Shown here: piece after piece, positions 1 through 9,630 of the stretch
Position numbering within the stretch: the first letter of the stretch is position 1
How the letters are laid out: the number at the start of each line of letters is the position of its first letter
Origin: a virus
Lineage: Duplodnaviria; Caudoviricetes
Strand: one strand, 5' to 3'
Virus record (IMG/VR): IMGVR_UViG_3300048577_000578
Span: 1 to 38,773 of that record
DNA: 38,773 nucleotides
Translations under genes and position numbers: made by a program
The notes under the pieces: generated by a model
What the model was told of the DNA's origin: nothing
The model's database searches: none
What the model saw: the letters and a program-made list of their open reading frames with translations, nothing else

Positions 1-10
1 ATGCTTTTAT

Positions 11-38
11 TTGCCTTTGCCTTAACTCTGCCTACACT
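11..38 (+). promoter_or_regulatory. Candidate sigma70 promoter for the integrase (leaderless)
   Basis: TTGCCT (11-16), 16-nt spacer, TACACT (33-38); GTG at 46 follows 7 nt later with no Shine-Dalgarno. Confidence 0.35.
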
Positions 39-45
39 GCCAACC

Positions 46-1188
46 GTGAAAGTCACGGCACATTACCGCGAAGGACGGAAGGCACCTTGGGAGGCGCGCT
101 GGTGGGTGAACCGCTCAATGCGGACCCGCTTCTTTGAGACGGAGGACGAGCGCAACCGCTTCATCAAGAACTTCTCGCGTGAAATCGTGCAGCACGGCGA
201 AGAGGTCTACAAGTTCGACAAGAGCCGGATGCGCCGTTGGCAGGAGGCCGACCTCATTGCGCCCGATGTGGACCCCGTTGAACTCGCGCGGCACTGGATG
301 GCCACCCACGAATCCGCGCAGCAAGTGACGCTCTCGGACGGCGTGGTCCGCTTCCTCAAGGAGCTGGAACTCGCAGGCCGGACGAAGGAATACCGCGCCC
401 ACGTACGCGAGTATCTCAAGAGGTTCGTCAGCGAGTTCGGCGAGGTCCATATCTCCGCCATCACGAGCACGCAGGTGTCGGACTTCATCCACGCACTGCC
501 CTTCAGCGCGATCACCAAGCGCCACGCACGAAGCGGCATCGTCTCGGCCTACAAGTGGTTCGTGAAGCAGGGCTGGGCGGACAAGAACCCGGCGGCGGCG
601 GTGCCCGTCCCGAAGGTCGACCTTGCCGAACCGGGCATTCTGACTGTCGAGGAGACCGAGCGCCTTTTCCGCGCTAACGAGTCCATTGACCCCGAAATCT
701 GCGGGCTTCTCGCCCTTGGTGCCTTCGCCGGGATGCGAGCCTCTGCCATCGCGCGGCTGGACGCCTCGGAACTGGACTTCGCGAGCAAGGCGATTCTGAC
801 GCCTGCCAGCAAGACTAAGAAGGGCCGCCGTCACTACATGGAGGGCCTCCCCGCGAACCTCTGGGCATGGCTTGAACGGACGCCGAAGACGGCCTTCAAA
901 ATGGAGCCGCGCAGCCTCGCCTCGCGCCGCGAAAACGCCTTCCGCCGCGCAGGGCTCCTCGTGACGAGCGAGGACGCCAAGCGTAGCCACGTCCAGCCCA
1001 AGGCCCCGCCGAAGAACTGTCTGCGGCATTCGTTCGTCAGCTACCATGTGGCACTGCACCGCGATCCGGGCCGCACGGCGCTCCTCGTGAGTCACAAGGA
1101 CCAGTCCATCCTCTGGAACCACTACCTCGGCGTAGCCAAGCGGGATGACGCGGAGCGATACTTCGCGATCGTGCCGACTGCGGAGTGA
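46..1188 (+). CDS. int: Tyrosine recombinase / phage integrase
   Basis: Catalytic motifs GMRxS, KTKK, NCLRHSF, VSH, HY; central SAM-like domain. ORF is open from 1, but GTG at 46 is the more plausible start. Confidence 0.92.
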   Translation: MKVTAHYREGRKAPWEARWWVNRSMRTRFFETEDERNRFIKNFSREIVQHGEEVYKFDKSRMRRWQEADLIAPDVDPVELARHWMATHESAQQVTLSDGVVRFLKELELAGRTKEYRAHVREYLKRFVSEFGEVHISAITSTQVSDFIHALPFSAITKRHARSGIVSAYKWFVKQGWADKNPAAAVPVPKVDLAEPGILTVEETERLFRANESIDPEICGLLALGAFAGMRASAIARLDASELDFASKAILTPASKTKKGRRHYMEGLPANLWAWLERTPKTAFKMEPRSLASRRENAFRRAGLLVTSEDAKRSHVQPKAPPKNCLRHSFVSYHVALHRDPGRTALLVSHKDQSILWNHYLGVAKRDDAERYFAIVPTAE

Positions 1189-1429
1189 AGTTGAGTCGTA
1201 TCCCGTTGTCCTGACGGCAACTTGAGAACATCTCGCAAAATCCGCTTGCCACGTTTGAATGCGTGAACATGTGTATATTCCGCAACCCGAAGCGACGGAC
1301 GCCGGATTGAATCCACGACGCCCGCAACGGTTGCCGTCGCGGTCTTGGGGTAACTGGCCGCGACTCCGCAGAAGCTGGCAGGCGGAGGGAGTGTCGGCTG
1401 GGTTCAATTGATGAACAAAGGAATACAAC

Positions 1430-2605
1430 ATGGCTGCGTTCAGCGCACTCACGATCTCCCGCCCCGCGTTCCTGAAAGCCCTCGATTGGGCGACAGTGCA
1501 GGGCTTCTTGAGACCCTTCGCGGCGTATCTGGCCGCACGAGGCTTTGGCCTCGAAACAATGCCCGCCGACGGCAATTACGTCGCGCTTGGCGACATCCTC
1601 GCCCGACCCGGTGCCGACACGCCGAACGCGCTTCTCGACGCGCTCTATATCACCGAGGAAACCGCGCACGGGGCCGCGCCGGACGACCTGCACGATGACG
1701 CCAGGCGACTCGGCATCGCGATTCCGTGCGATGCGACGATGTTTGAGACGGTGCTCCGCATCTGGAACGTATCGCCGGACGCCATCCGCACGCGGCACAT
1801 GGAGCTGACGCTCGCCAAGGTGCGCACCTTCGAGTTTTACAATGCCGAGAACGAGGCGGCGCTCCTGCGCCTCCCGACCGATGCGGCGCTGAAGGCGGTC
1901 GCCACGGGCCTCGACGAATGGTTCGACAAGCGGCGGCGCGGGCGCGGTTGCCAAATCCGCATGTATCAGCGGGATACGGAACTTTGGTTCCTCCTCTCGC
2001 ACGGCGAGCTCTACAAACGCGTCGGAACGTGGGAGGACGGGCGGAGTGGCAGCCTCGGCTACCGGCCCGACAAATACGATGTCGTGGTGTATGACGAGCT
2101 GACGAAGGAGCTGCGGATCAACGCGGCGCTCAACCTGCGTGACCTCTACCGGAGGCAGTTCGGACTCCTGCTCTTCGGCACAGAAAACCACTTTCCCGGC
2201 GAGAACAAATACACGCTGGAACCGCTGCGCGAGTTGGGCGAAAAGTCGCTCATCTGCGCCGACGTTCCGGGGCTCAACTGGGTCAAGCTCACGCGCCTGA
2301 CCTACGAACTCAAGGGCGACAAACGCATCAAGCGGACGGACGCGGCGGAGAACCTTTTCGAGTCCTACGACTACCAGAAATCAGGCATTCCGAACGATGC
2401 TCGCCTCATGTCGGCGAGCTTAGCCGTGCGCTTCAAGGACAACCCGAGACCGCGCACTGTCACAATCAAGCCGACAAATGTCGCCCTCTACACGCGGGAC
2501 GGCGACAGCCATGCGATCGACGAATGGCTCATGCGTCGCGGATTCATCCAGCAAAGAAAGGTGGCGAGCTATGCCCAAACCGAATGCGTTCTGGCAATTG
2601 CTTGA
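1430..2605 (+). CDS. Hypothetical protein (391 aa)
   Basis: Long ORF with typical GC-rich codon use and AAGGAA upstream; no recognisable catalytic motif. Confidence 0.8.
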   Translation: MAAFSALTISRPAFLKALDWATVQGFLRPFAAYLAARGFGLETMPADGNYVALGDILARPGADTPNALLDALYITEETAHGAAPDDLHDDARRLGIAIPCDATMFETVLRIWNVSPDAIRTRHMELTLAKVRTFEFYNAENEAALLRLPTDAALKAVATGLDEWFDKRRRGRGCQIRMYQRDTELWFLLSHGELYKRVGTWEDGRSGSLGYRPDKYDVVVYDELTKELRINAALNLRDLYRRQFGLLLFGTENHFPGENKYTLEPLRELGEKSLICADVPGLNWVKLTRLTYELKGDKRIKRTDAAENLFESYDYQKSGIPNDARLMSASLAVRFKDNPRPRTVTIKPTNVALYTRDGDSHAIDEWLMRRGFIQQRKVASYAQTECVLAIA

Positions 2606-2747
2606 GTCGCCCGCCCGCACGGGGCGACCGCTCTCCACCTGGAAGCTGGCCCTGCGCGAGGAGTTTGACCTTGTGGGCAGCTACATCGTGCCGACCGGCG
2701 CGCTCGCGACGACGATGCCCTGCGCGCGCACTTTTGCGGGTTACTGA
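2571..2747 (+). pseudogene. Probable N-terminal remnant of a gene truncated by the AT-rich insert
   Basis: ATG 2571 with AAGGTGG upstream, overlapping the previous gene; protein-like sequence (MPKPNAFWQLLE...TMPC) stops where GC content collapses near 2730. Confidence 0.5.
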
Positions 2748-2811
2748 TGGTACTATTTGCATTGATTCTTGTTCGGATTTTGTTATTGTTTTGATATTTG
2801 GAGGGTTTGTT

Positions 2812-3720
2812 ATGTTATTTACAGTCGTTAGTAGAAAATTGAGTCGTGATGTTTTAATAAGAGCTGGAGCTGTTAATTATATTAAACGTGTTCAAAACGG
2901 GGTAGGTTGCGACCCATTGGTACTTCGGCGTTTTATTGTAGCCGATGACAATAGATATGAGAGTGAGGTTCGGAGGCAGTCGCCGTCTTCTGGTGTGACT
3001 AACAATCAAAGCGAGTGTGGCGTTGGTAAGGCGATTCCAATCGGAGTATTTGATGGGGTTCGTTGCTCTTGCATTGTTGTTAAAGATTGGTTGTTCGCTA
3101 AAGGGATGGAAGGTGATGAGAGGTGCAATTATGCTATATGGCATGAGGTTGCACATGCTCGTGATTTCTCGAATCGAGATGTTGACGGATCTGATATATC
3201 CGAATCTGATAAAAATGGTCACTTTAAGATTCGGCACATGGCTAATATATACACAAACATGTTGATAGATGAGGTTGTTGCACATCGATTTTCCGCGAAA
3301 GCATGCACTCAGTATTTGTATAAAGACAATAATCAACGGCTGAGAGATTATTTGGACAAAGAGGTTGATAGAGCTAATGATGCCAAGGCGTATTGGCGTG
3401 GAGATGCTAGTGAGATAATCAATATCAAACATGGAGTGTGCAGGTTTCTGTGGGTGGTGTTGCAAAAAGTCGGAGAGCTTTGGGCAAGCAGGTATGGGAA
3501 TGATAATTTGTGCGAATCTGTATGTGAATGGATTGGGCCTCGTGCTGATAGTCAGTCGGTTTCGACAAATTACTGCGAGTTGTTGGAGTGCCTGTTTGAG
3601 TCATATCCTGTCATCCCGACGGATTATCATGATAGGATGTTTGTTTTGTGGAAGAGTTTGGCCGCTTCATACGGTTTTACCTTTTCCGAACAAGAGGGAG
3701 ATGACTTAATCGATTGGTAA
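2812..3720 (+). CDS. AT-rich HExxH putative zinc metallopeptidase-like protein
   Basis: GGAGG at 2800-2804 before ATG 2812; HEVAH at 3142-3156 with downstream DEVVAH; low GC. Confidence 0.7.
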   Translation: MLFTVVSRKLSRDVLIRAGAVNYIKRVQNGVGCDPLVLRRFIVADDNRYESEVRRQSPSSGVTNNQSECGVGKAIPIGVFDGVRCSCIVVKDWLFAKGMEGDERCNYAIWHEVAHARDFSNRDVDGSDISESDKNGHFKIRHMANIYTNMLIDEVVAHRFSAKACTQYLYKDNNQRLRDYLDKEVDRANDAKAYWRGDASEIINIKHGVCRFLWVVLQKVGELWASRYGNDNLCESVCEWIGPRADSQSVSTNYCELLECLFESYPVIPTDYHDRMFVLWKSLAASYGFTFSEQEGDDLIDW

Positions 3721-3764
3721 GTTTCTGAATCTCAGCATTTTCACTGTTAGCAGTTTTAACCAAG

Positions 3765-3805
3765 AGGCCCAAACCCCAGCAATCATGCGGGTTTGGGCCT
3801 TCTTT
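3765..3805 (+). terminator. Intrinsic terminator-like hairpin
   Basis: AGGCCCAAACCC (3765-3776) pairs with GGGTTTGGGCCT (3789-3800), followed by TCTTT. Confidence 0.6.
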
Positions 3806-3819
3806 GTGCTCGGAACACG

Positions 3820-3948
3820 CCGTCGACAGATCGACAAATCAAATGACCAAATGAAGAAAAGTGAAAAATCTTTTCGGGCCTGAATCACTAGTAAACATGC
3901 GGGTTCCTAGGCTTTTGATTCACTGACGCCCCGTCGACAAATCGACAA
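3820..3948. repeat. Direct repeat CCGTCGACARATCGACAA x2 (operator-like)
   Basis: Copies at 3820-3837 and 3931-3948, 17/18 identical, each with tandem TCGACA. Confidence 0.7.
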
Positions 3949-3963
3949 GTCGCCAAAGGGGGC

Positions 3964-4107
3964 GTGAACACGAACACGCAACCCACCTTGGACGAGAAGT
4001 TGGACGCCCTGACGCGGCGGCTCGACGAACTCGGCCAGCTCATTACCTCGCGGCAGACGCCGGAACTGAAGTTCTGCCTGACCGTCGAGGCGGCGGGTCG
4101 CCGCTGA
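3964..4107 (+). pseudogene. Truncated excisionase/HTH-like small gene (47 aa)
   Basis: GTG after AAAGGGGG; ends ...FCLTVEAAGRR*, where LTVEAA resembles the first helix of Xis-like HTH proteins; stop lies inside a repeat element. Confidence 0.45.
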
Positions 4108-4560
4108 CATAGAAGGGCCTGCGGCCCTTACGGCGAGCTGCGCTGCGCCTATCCCGCATTCTTCGGGTAGCCGCACGAAGTCGGCGTAGGGGCGCGAGCC
4201 CCTCAAAACCTCCGGCAGGAGGCGCGGGTCAGGGCCTTCCGGCCCTGTGCGCCTGATGTTTGCCATCCCGAACGGCGGCGCAAGAGACGCCATCACGGGC
4301 GCGATCCTGAAGGCCGAGGGCGTGAAGCCGGGCGTGCCGGACGTTTTTCTGCCGGTCGCTTCAGGCCCATTCCACGGCCTCTTCATCGAGCTAAAGAGCG
4401 CGAAAGGCCGGGCCTCGCCCGAGCAGCGCGAATGGCTGACTGCGCTCCGTGAGCGCGGCTACGCGACCGCCCTCTGCCACGACCTAGGCGAGGGCGGCGG
4501 GTCGCCGCTGACATAGAGGGGCTCTCCGCCCCTACGCCGACTTCGTGTGGCTACCCCGAA
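4089..4560. repeat. REP-like (GTAG + hairpin) composite element, three partial copies
   Basis: Identical 25-mer GGCGGCGGGTCGCCGCTGACATAGA at 4089-4113 and 4493-4517; 4161-4204 is a near-perfect inverted copy of 4516-4560; all copies contain GTAGGGGC..GCCC(C/T)T hairpins. Confidence 0.8.
4247..4516 (+). pseudogene. VRR-NUC nuclease fragment
   Basis: FAIPNGG...GVKPGVPD...LFIELK...QREW...GY motifs; N-terminal helix missing and C-terminus runs into the repeat. Confidence 0.8.
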
Positions 4561-4590
4561 CACATCCCGCAACTCAATCCGCAAATAGCT

Positions 4591-5613
4591 ATGACCGAAC
4601 AGAATACCAACACCCTTGCCCTTGTAAGCGGCAAGATCGCGCTGCCCCAGCGGGCAGTCATTTACGGACCCGAAGGCATCGGCAAATCGACCCTCGCCGC
4701 CGCTTTCCCCGCACCCGTCTTCCTCGACACCGAAGGCGGCACGGCGCAGCTCGACGTCGCCCGCTTCCCGCGCCCCGAATACTGGGAACACGTCGCGGAC
4801 ATCGTGACGCAGCTCGCCACCCGTGAGCACGATCGCCGCACCCTCGTCATCGACACGGTGGACTGGCTGGAGCGCCTCCTTGCCGAATACCTCTGCCGCA
4901 GGGCCAACAAGGACAGCATCGAGGATTTCTCCTACGGCAAGGGTTACACGATCCTAGCCGAAGAGTTTTCGCGATTCCTCGGCTCGCTGGAAGTTCTGCG
5001 GAGGCGCGGGATGCACGTCGTGATGGTGGCGCACTCGACGATCCGCAAGTTCGAGCAGCCCGATGCCGCCGGAGCTTACGACCGTTACGAGCTCAAGCTC
5101 AGTAAGCAGTGCGCGCCGCTCCTCAAGGAATGGTGCGACCTGCTCCTCTTCGTCAATTACTTCACAAAGGTCACGGAAGGCGAAGGGAAGAAGCGCGCGA
5201 TCGGCGGCAAGGAACGCCGCATCTACACGACCCACTGTGCTGCCTACGACGCCAAGAACCGCCACGGCCTCGCGGACGTAATCCCGATGTACTTTGCCGC
5301 GTTGGAGGGCGTCTTCCCGGCAACTGTAAAGCAATCGTTGACAGTTGCTCCGGCTGCGACACCTGCCCCGAAGCCCGCTGCGCCCGCAGTTCCCGCCGAG
5401 CCGCCAAGGCCCTGCACGCCACAGCAGGTCGAGAACATCCAGACGCTCTGGACCAAGCTCAACTACGGGCAGGCGGAGCTGACGAAGCTCTTCCGCTGGC
5501 TGGAGGCCGACGACCTCGAAGGCGTCGAAAGCTGGCAAACCCTAACGATGGATCAGGCCGCCCGGACCATCGGCTTCCTCACGAAGAAACTCACCGACAA
5601 GGAGACCGCCTAA
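4591..5613 (+). CDS. AAA_24 / Sak4-like phage recombination ATPase
   Basis: Walker A YGPEGIGKST, FLDTEGG, LVIDTVDWLE, AKNR. Confidence 0.88.
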   Translation: MTEQNTNTLALVSGKIALPQRAVIYGPEGIGKSTLAAAFPAPVFLDTEGGTAQLDVARFPRPEYWEHVADIVTQLATREHDRRTLVIDTVDWLERLLAEYLCRRANKDSIEDFSYGKGYTILAEEFSRFLGSLEVLRRRGMHVVMVAHSTIRKFEQPDAAGAYDRYELKLSKQCAPLLKEWCDLLLFVNYFTKVTEGEGKKRAIGGKERRIYTTHCAAYDAKNRHGLADVIPMYFAALEGVFPATVKQSLTVAPAATPAPKPAAPAVPAEPPRPCTPQQVENIQTLWTKLNYGQAELTKLFRWLEADDLEGVESWQTLTMDQAARTIGFLTKKLTDKETA

Positions 5614-5614
5614 C

Positions 5615-6052
5615 ATGAGATACGTATCCACAAACGCCGAATCCAAAGCCCGCTGCGTCAAGCCGGGCGAATACCTGCTTACTATCCTCGAAGCGGTCGA
5701 AACCATCTCGAAATCTACCGGCGACGAGATGATCAAGCTGAAGCTCGAAGTCGAGGGGCACGGAGCGACCCTCTACGAATACCTTGTCGCGAACGGCTCC
5801 AGTGCCTGGAAGATCGACAGCTTCCGCCGGGCGCTCGGCGAGCGCGTTGTCGAAGGCGAGGAGGTCGAGATCGACACCCGGAACCTCGTCGGGCGTCAGG
5901 CCCGGGCGAAGCTGCGCGTCGAAACCTATCAGGGCAAGGACTCGAACAAGGTCGATTACTGGCTGAGTCCGCAGCTCGGCACCGCTCCGATGGCCCGCCC
6001 GGCGGCACCCGCGCCCAGCGCAAGGAAGGAGGATGGCGATGAGCCATTTTAA
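5615..6052 (+). CDS. DUF669-like ssDNA-binding protein
   Basis: PGEY...SKSTGDEMIKL pattern, acidic tail ending DEPF, position after Sak4-like gene. Confidence 0.75.
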   Translation: MRYVSTNAESKARCVKPGEYLLTILEAVETISKSTGDEMIKLKLEVEGHGATLYEYLVANGSSAWKIDSFRRALGERVVEGEEVEIDTRNLVGRQARAKLRVETYQGKDSNKVDYWLSPQLGTAPMARPAAPAPSARKEDGDEPF

Positions 6053-7583
6053 CCTGCGGCCCTACCAGACGCAGTGCATCGACAATCTCCTTGCCCGGTT
6101 TCGGGAGTACTCGCGCCTGCTCGCGGTGCTCCCGACCGGGGCCGGGAAGACGATTGTCTTTGCCGCGCTCGCCCACCGGCTCCAGCCCGTGCGGACGCTT
6201 GTTCTCGCCCACCGCGACGAACTCATCCGGCAGGCGGCGGACAAGATCGAACGCTCGACGGGCCTCGTCGCCGAGGTCGAGAAGGCGGAGGAAACGGCGG
6301 GCATGGAGGCGCCCGTCGTCGTGGCCTCGGTGCAGACGCTGGCCCGCGAGCGGCGCCTGCACCGCTGGCCGCGCGGCCACTTCGGCCTCGTGGTCGTGGA
6401 CGAGGCGCACCACATCCTCGCGGACAGTTACCAGAACGTCCTCGGGCACTTTGACGGCAGCGCCAAGGTGCTCGGCGTGACGGCGACGCCGGATCGCGGC
6501 GACAAGCGCTCGCTCGGCGAATACTTCGACGAAGTTGGCTTCGAGATCGGCCTCCACGAACTCATCAAGGACGGCTATCTCTGCCGCATCGTCGTCAAGA
6601 CCGTGCCGCTCCAGATCGACCTCGGCGGCGTGCGGACGATGGCGGGCGACTTCAGCGACGCCGACCTTGGGCAGGCGATCGAGCCATATCTCAAGCGCGT
6701 CGTGGCCGAGATGAAGGCCGCGATCGGGAAGCGGCGCACGATCGTGTTTCTGCCGCTCGTCCGCACCTCGAAGCGCTTCGTCGAACTCTGCCGCGAGGCT
6801 GGGCTGACTGCGGATCACGTCGACGGGGCGAGCGAGGACAGGGCGGGCATTCTTGCGCGATTCGCACGGGGCGAGTTCCAGATCCTGAGTAACTCAATGC
6901 TCCTCACCGAGGGCTTCGACGATCCCGGCGTGGCCTGCGTTGTGTGCCTGCGTCCGACGAAGGTCCGCGCGCTCTATTCGCAGATCATCGGGCGCGGCAC
7001 CCGTGTCGCACCCGGCAAGGAAAACCTGCTCGTCCTCGACTTTCTCTGGCATACCGAGCGTCACTCGCTCGTGCGTCCGGCGCACCTTGTGGCGCCCACG
7101 GAGGAACTGGCCGAGGACATGACGGCGATCCTCGAAAAGGCGGCGCAGGAGCACGGCGGCGAGGTGTTGGAGGAACCCGAACAGGACCTGCTCGACCTCG
7201 CCGACGATGCGAAGACGCAGCGCGAGGCGATGCTCGCCAAGGCCATCGCCCAGAACTCGCGCAAGCGCGCCCAGCTCATCGACCCGGTGGAGTTCGCGCT
7301 CTCGTTGCACGAGGTGGACCTCGCGGAGTGGGAGCCGACGATGAAGTGGCACGAGGCCCCGCCGAGCGATAAGCAGCTGCGGCTCTTGGAGCGCATGGGC
7401 TTCGCGCCCGACGCGGTCCGCAGCCGTGGCCACGCCTCGGCCATCCTCGACCGCGTCATGACCCGCCGCGACCTGCGCCTTGCGACGCCAAAGCAGCTCT
7501 TCTGGCTGCGAAGGACAGGCCACAAAAACCCCGAAACCGCCAGCTTCGACGAAGCCACGGCATGGCTCAGCACCCACCTGTAA
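6039..7583 (+). CDS. SF2 DEAH-box helicase
   Basis: LRPYQ, PTGAGKT, DEAHH, TATP, LTEGFD, QIIGRGTR; AGGAGG upstream of ATG 6039. Confidence 0.93.
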   Translation: MSHFNLRPYQTQCIDNLLARFREYSRLLAVLPTGAGKTIVFAALAHRLQPVRTLVLAHRDELIRQAADKIERSTGLVAEVEKAEETAGMEAPVVVASVQTLARERRLHRWPRGHFGLVVVDEAHHILADSYQNVLGHFDGSAKVLGVTATPDRGDKRSLGEYFDEVGFEIGLHELIKDGYLCRIVVKTVPLQIDLGGVRTMAGDFSDADLGQAIEPYLKRVVAEMKAAIGKRRTIVFLPLVRTSKRFVELCREAGLTADHVDGASEDRAGILARFARGEFQILSNSMLLTEGFDDPGVACVVCLRPTKVRALYSQIIGRGTRVAPGKENLLVLDFLWHTERHSLVRPAHLVAPTEELAEDMTAILEKAAQEHGGEVLEEPEQDLLDLADDAKTQREAMLAKAIAQNSRKRAQLIDPVEFALSLHEVDLAEWEPTMKWHEAPPSDKQLRLLERMGFAPDAVRSRGHASAILDRVMTRRDLRLATPKQLFWLRRTGHKNPETASFDEATAWLSTHL

Positions 7584-7594
7584 GAACGACGCTC

Positions 7595-9628
7595 ATGGCA
7601 TTCCACTACACATCCCCCAAGGCCGGAAGGCCCGACCACGAAACGACTTCCGCCGATGCGCGGCGCATCGCGGAGGACATTCTTGGACCCGTCGAATGGA
7701 CGGACGAGACCTCCGGCTACTGCCGCTGCCCCGGCGTCGAGCTGCACACGCACGCCTCGAAGGAGCACGACTGCCGCGTGTCGCTCGATCAGGAGGACGG
7801 CCACGTGCCGACCGTCTTCTGCTTCCACAACAGCTGCCTCGCCGTCATCGAGGAGGCGAATCGGTCGCTCCGTTCGGCGCTCGGCAAGGCCCGCTGGGGC
7901 CGTCAGAACCACCAGAACCACTTTGCTGGTTCCGGTGGTTCCAGAGGTGGTTCCGGGGCGGCGGCGACTCCCGTCATCACCGACGCCAATGCCTTCGAGA
8001 CGCTACTACGCAGCGCGTTCGAGGCGGACGACATCGTGTCCATCGCCCCGGCGGCGGTGCCGGAGGAAGGCGGCAAGGCGGTGCCGGAGCACGGCGGGGT
8101 CAACATCTTCACCCGCGACCAGTGGCTGGAGAAAGTGGCGGCCAAGGGTGGGATAGGCCGCGTCTTCGGGGGCCGCGAGGGACTCTACATCCGCATCAAC
8201 CCCCTGACGCCCAAGGCCCACGGCGGCGACAAGGACGTGGCGAAACTCCGCCATGTCCTGATCGAAAGCGACTCGCTCCCGAAGTCCGAGCAGGAACGCA
8301 TCCTGCGCGCCTCGGGCCTTCCCATCGCGGCGCTCATAGACTCCGGCGGCTCGTCGATCCACGCCTGGGTGCGCGTGAACGCCAAGAACGTCGCCGAATA
8401 CCACGAGCGGCGCGAAAAGCTCTGGAAGAGCGTGGAGGCGCTCCAGATCGACCCCCAGAACCGCAATCCCTCGCGCTTCTCTCGCTGCCCCGGTGCGCAG
8501 CGGGGCGCCGCCATGCAGAGGCTCCTCGCCGTGAACCTCGGGCCCGCCTCCTACGAGGCTTGGGCGGCAGGGGCGACGGCGGATGCGCTGCCCGGCATCG
8601 TGGCGGCGGACGCCTTTTGCGCCGAGGACGAGCCCGATCCGCCGCTCCTCATCGACGGGCTCCTTTTCAAGGGCTCGAAGATGATCATCGCGGGCCCGTC
8701 CAAGGCGCGCAAGACGTGGAACCTGACGGACCTCGCCGTATGCCTCTCGGTCGGCCAGCCGTGGTGCGGCTTCACGACGCGGCGCTCGAAGGTCCTTTAC
8801 GTAAACCTCGAACTCCAGTCCTTCAGTTACCGCAAGCGCATCCGCTGGATCTGCGAGAAAAAGGGCATCAGGACGGCGGACCTCGGCGGCTTCCACCTCT
8901 GGAACCTGCGCGGTCACGCCACCGAGGTGACGCGGCTCGTCGGGGACATCCTGCGCCATGTGAAGGACGCGGCGTACGACCTCATCATCGTGGACCCGAT
9001 CTACAAGACCTACGGGGACCGCGAGGAGAATAGCAACACGGACATGGGGCAGGTCATGAACGAGCTGGAGGGCCTCGCCCGGCTCGCCAAGGTGGCCGTG
9101 GTCATCGCGGCTCACTTCCCCAAGGGCAACCTCGCGGCCCGCGACGCCATTGACCGCGTGGCCGGTGCGGCGGTCTTCGGGCGCGACCCGGACGTATTGC
9201 TTGTCATGACCCCGCACGAGGAGCCGGACGCTTTCACCATCACCCCCATCCTGCGCGATTTGCCGGGCATGGCGGAGTTCGTGATCCGCTGGGGCGAGCA
9301 GTGCTTCCAACGGATCGCCGCCGATCCCAAGGCCGTTGCAGGGCGGGATGCGGCACACGGCGCGGGCAAAGGCAAGCGGGAGCGCTCCTTTGTTCCCGGC
9401 AGCTACCGTGAACTCTTCTCCGAGATGCCGCCACTGCACCATGACAAGGAGCCCGAGAAAAGCGAGGTCCTCGCCCATATCGCATCCGAGCTTGCGGCGG
9501 CAGGGAAGGACCCCCTGAAGGCCGCGTCGGTCTTCGACAGTATTCGCCAGGCGCGTCGCAATATCATCGTTTTCGACCATATCACGAAGCGTTGGCAGGG
9601 CTACCACTACAAACCGTCAGAAGACTAG
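7595..9628 (+). CDS. Primase-helicase (Cys/His-rich N-terminus, primase-like domain, AAA_25/RepA-type helicase)
   Basis: LIESD and SGGSSIHAWV primase-like motifs; GPSKARKT Walker A, YVNLE, IIVDP Walker B. Confidence 0.85.
   Translation: MAFHYTSPKAGRPDHETTSADARRIAEDILGPVEWTDETSGYCRCPGVELHTHASKEHDCRVSLDQEDGHVPTVFCFHNSCLAVIEEANRSLRSALGKARWGRQNHQNHFAGSGGSRGGSGAAATPVITDANAFETLLRSAFEADDIVSIAPAAVPEEGGKAVPEHGGVNIFTRDQWLEKVAAKGGIGRVFGGREGLYIRINPLTPKAHGGDKDVAKLRHVLIESDSLPKSEQERILRASGLPIAALIDSGGSSIHAWVRVNAKNVAEYHERREKLWKSVEALQIDPQNRNPSRFSRCPGAQRGAAMQRLLAVNLGPASYEAWAAGATADALPGIVAADAFCAEDEPDPPLLIDGLLFKGSKMIIAGPSKARKTWNLTDLAVCLSVGQPWCGFTTRRSKVLYVNLELQSFSYRKRIRWICEKKGIRTADLGGFHLWNLRGHATEVTRLVGDILRHVKDAAYDLIIVDPIYKTYGDREENSNTDMGQVMNELEGLARLAKVAVVIAAHFPKGNLAARDAIDRVAGAAVFGRDPDVLLVMTPHEEPDAFTITPILRDLPGMAEFVIRWGEQCFQRIAADPKAVAGRDAAHGAGKGKRERSFVPGSYRELFSEMPPLHHDKEPEKSEVLAHIASELAAAGKDPLKAASVFDSIRQARRNIIVFDHITKRWQGYHYKPSED
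7904..7954. repeat. Intragenic iteron cluster (AGAACCAC / GTGGTTCC)
   Basis: CAGAACCAC x2 (7904-7921), then inverted TGGTTCC/GGTGGTTCC x3 (7927-7954). Confidence 0.7.
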
Positions 9629-9630
9629 CT

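Noticed and set aside
1015-1035. Integrase HxxR motif reads NCLR, possibly inactive
   Set aside because: The first His is known to vary in tyrosine recombinases and the other catalytic residues are present.
2524-2811. N-terminal extension of the 398-aa ORF
   Set aside because: Crosses the GC/AT junction and overlaps other frames; GGAGG plus ATG 2812 is the better start.
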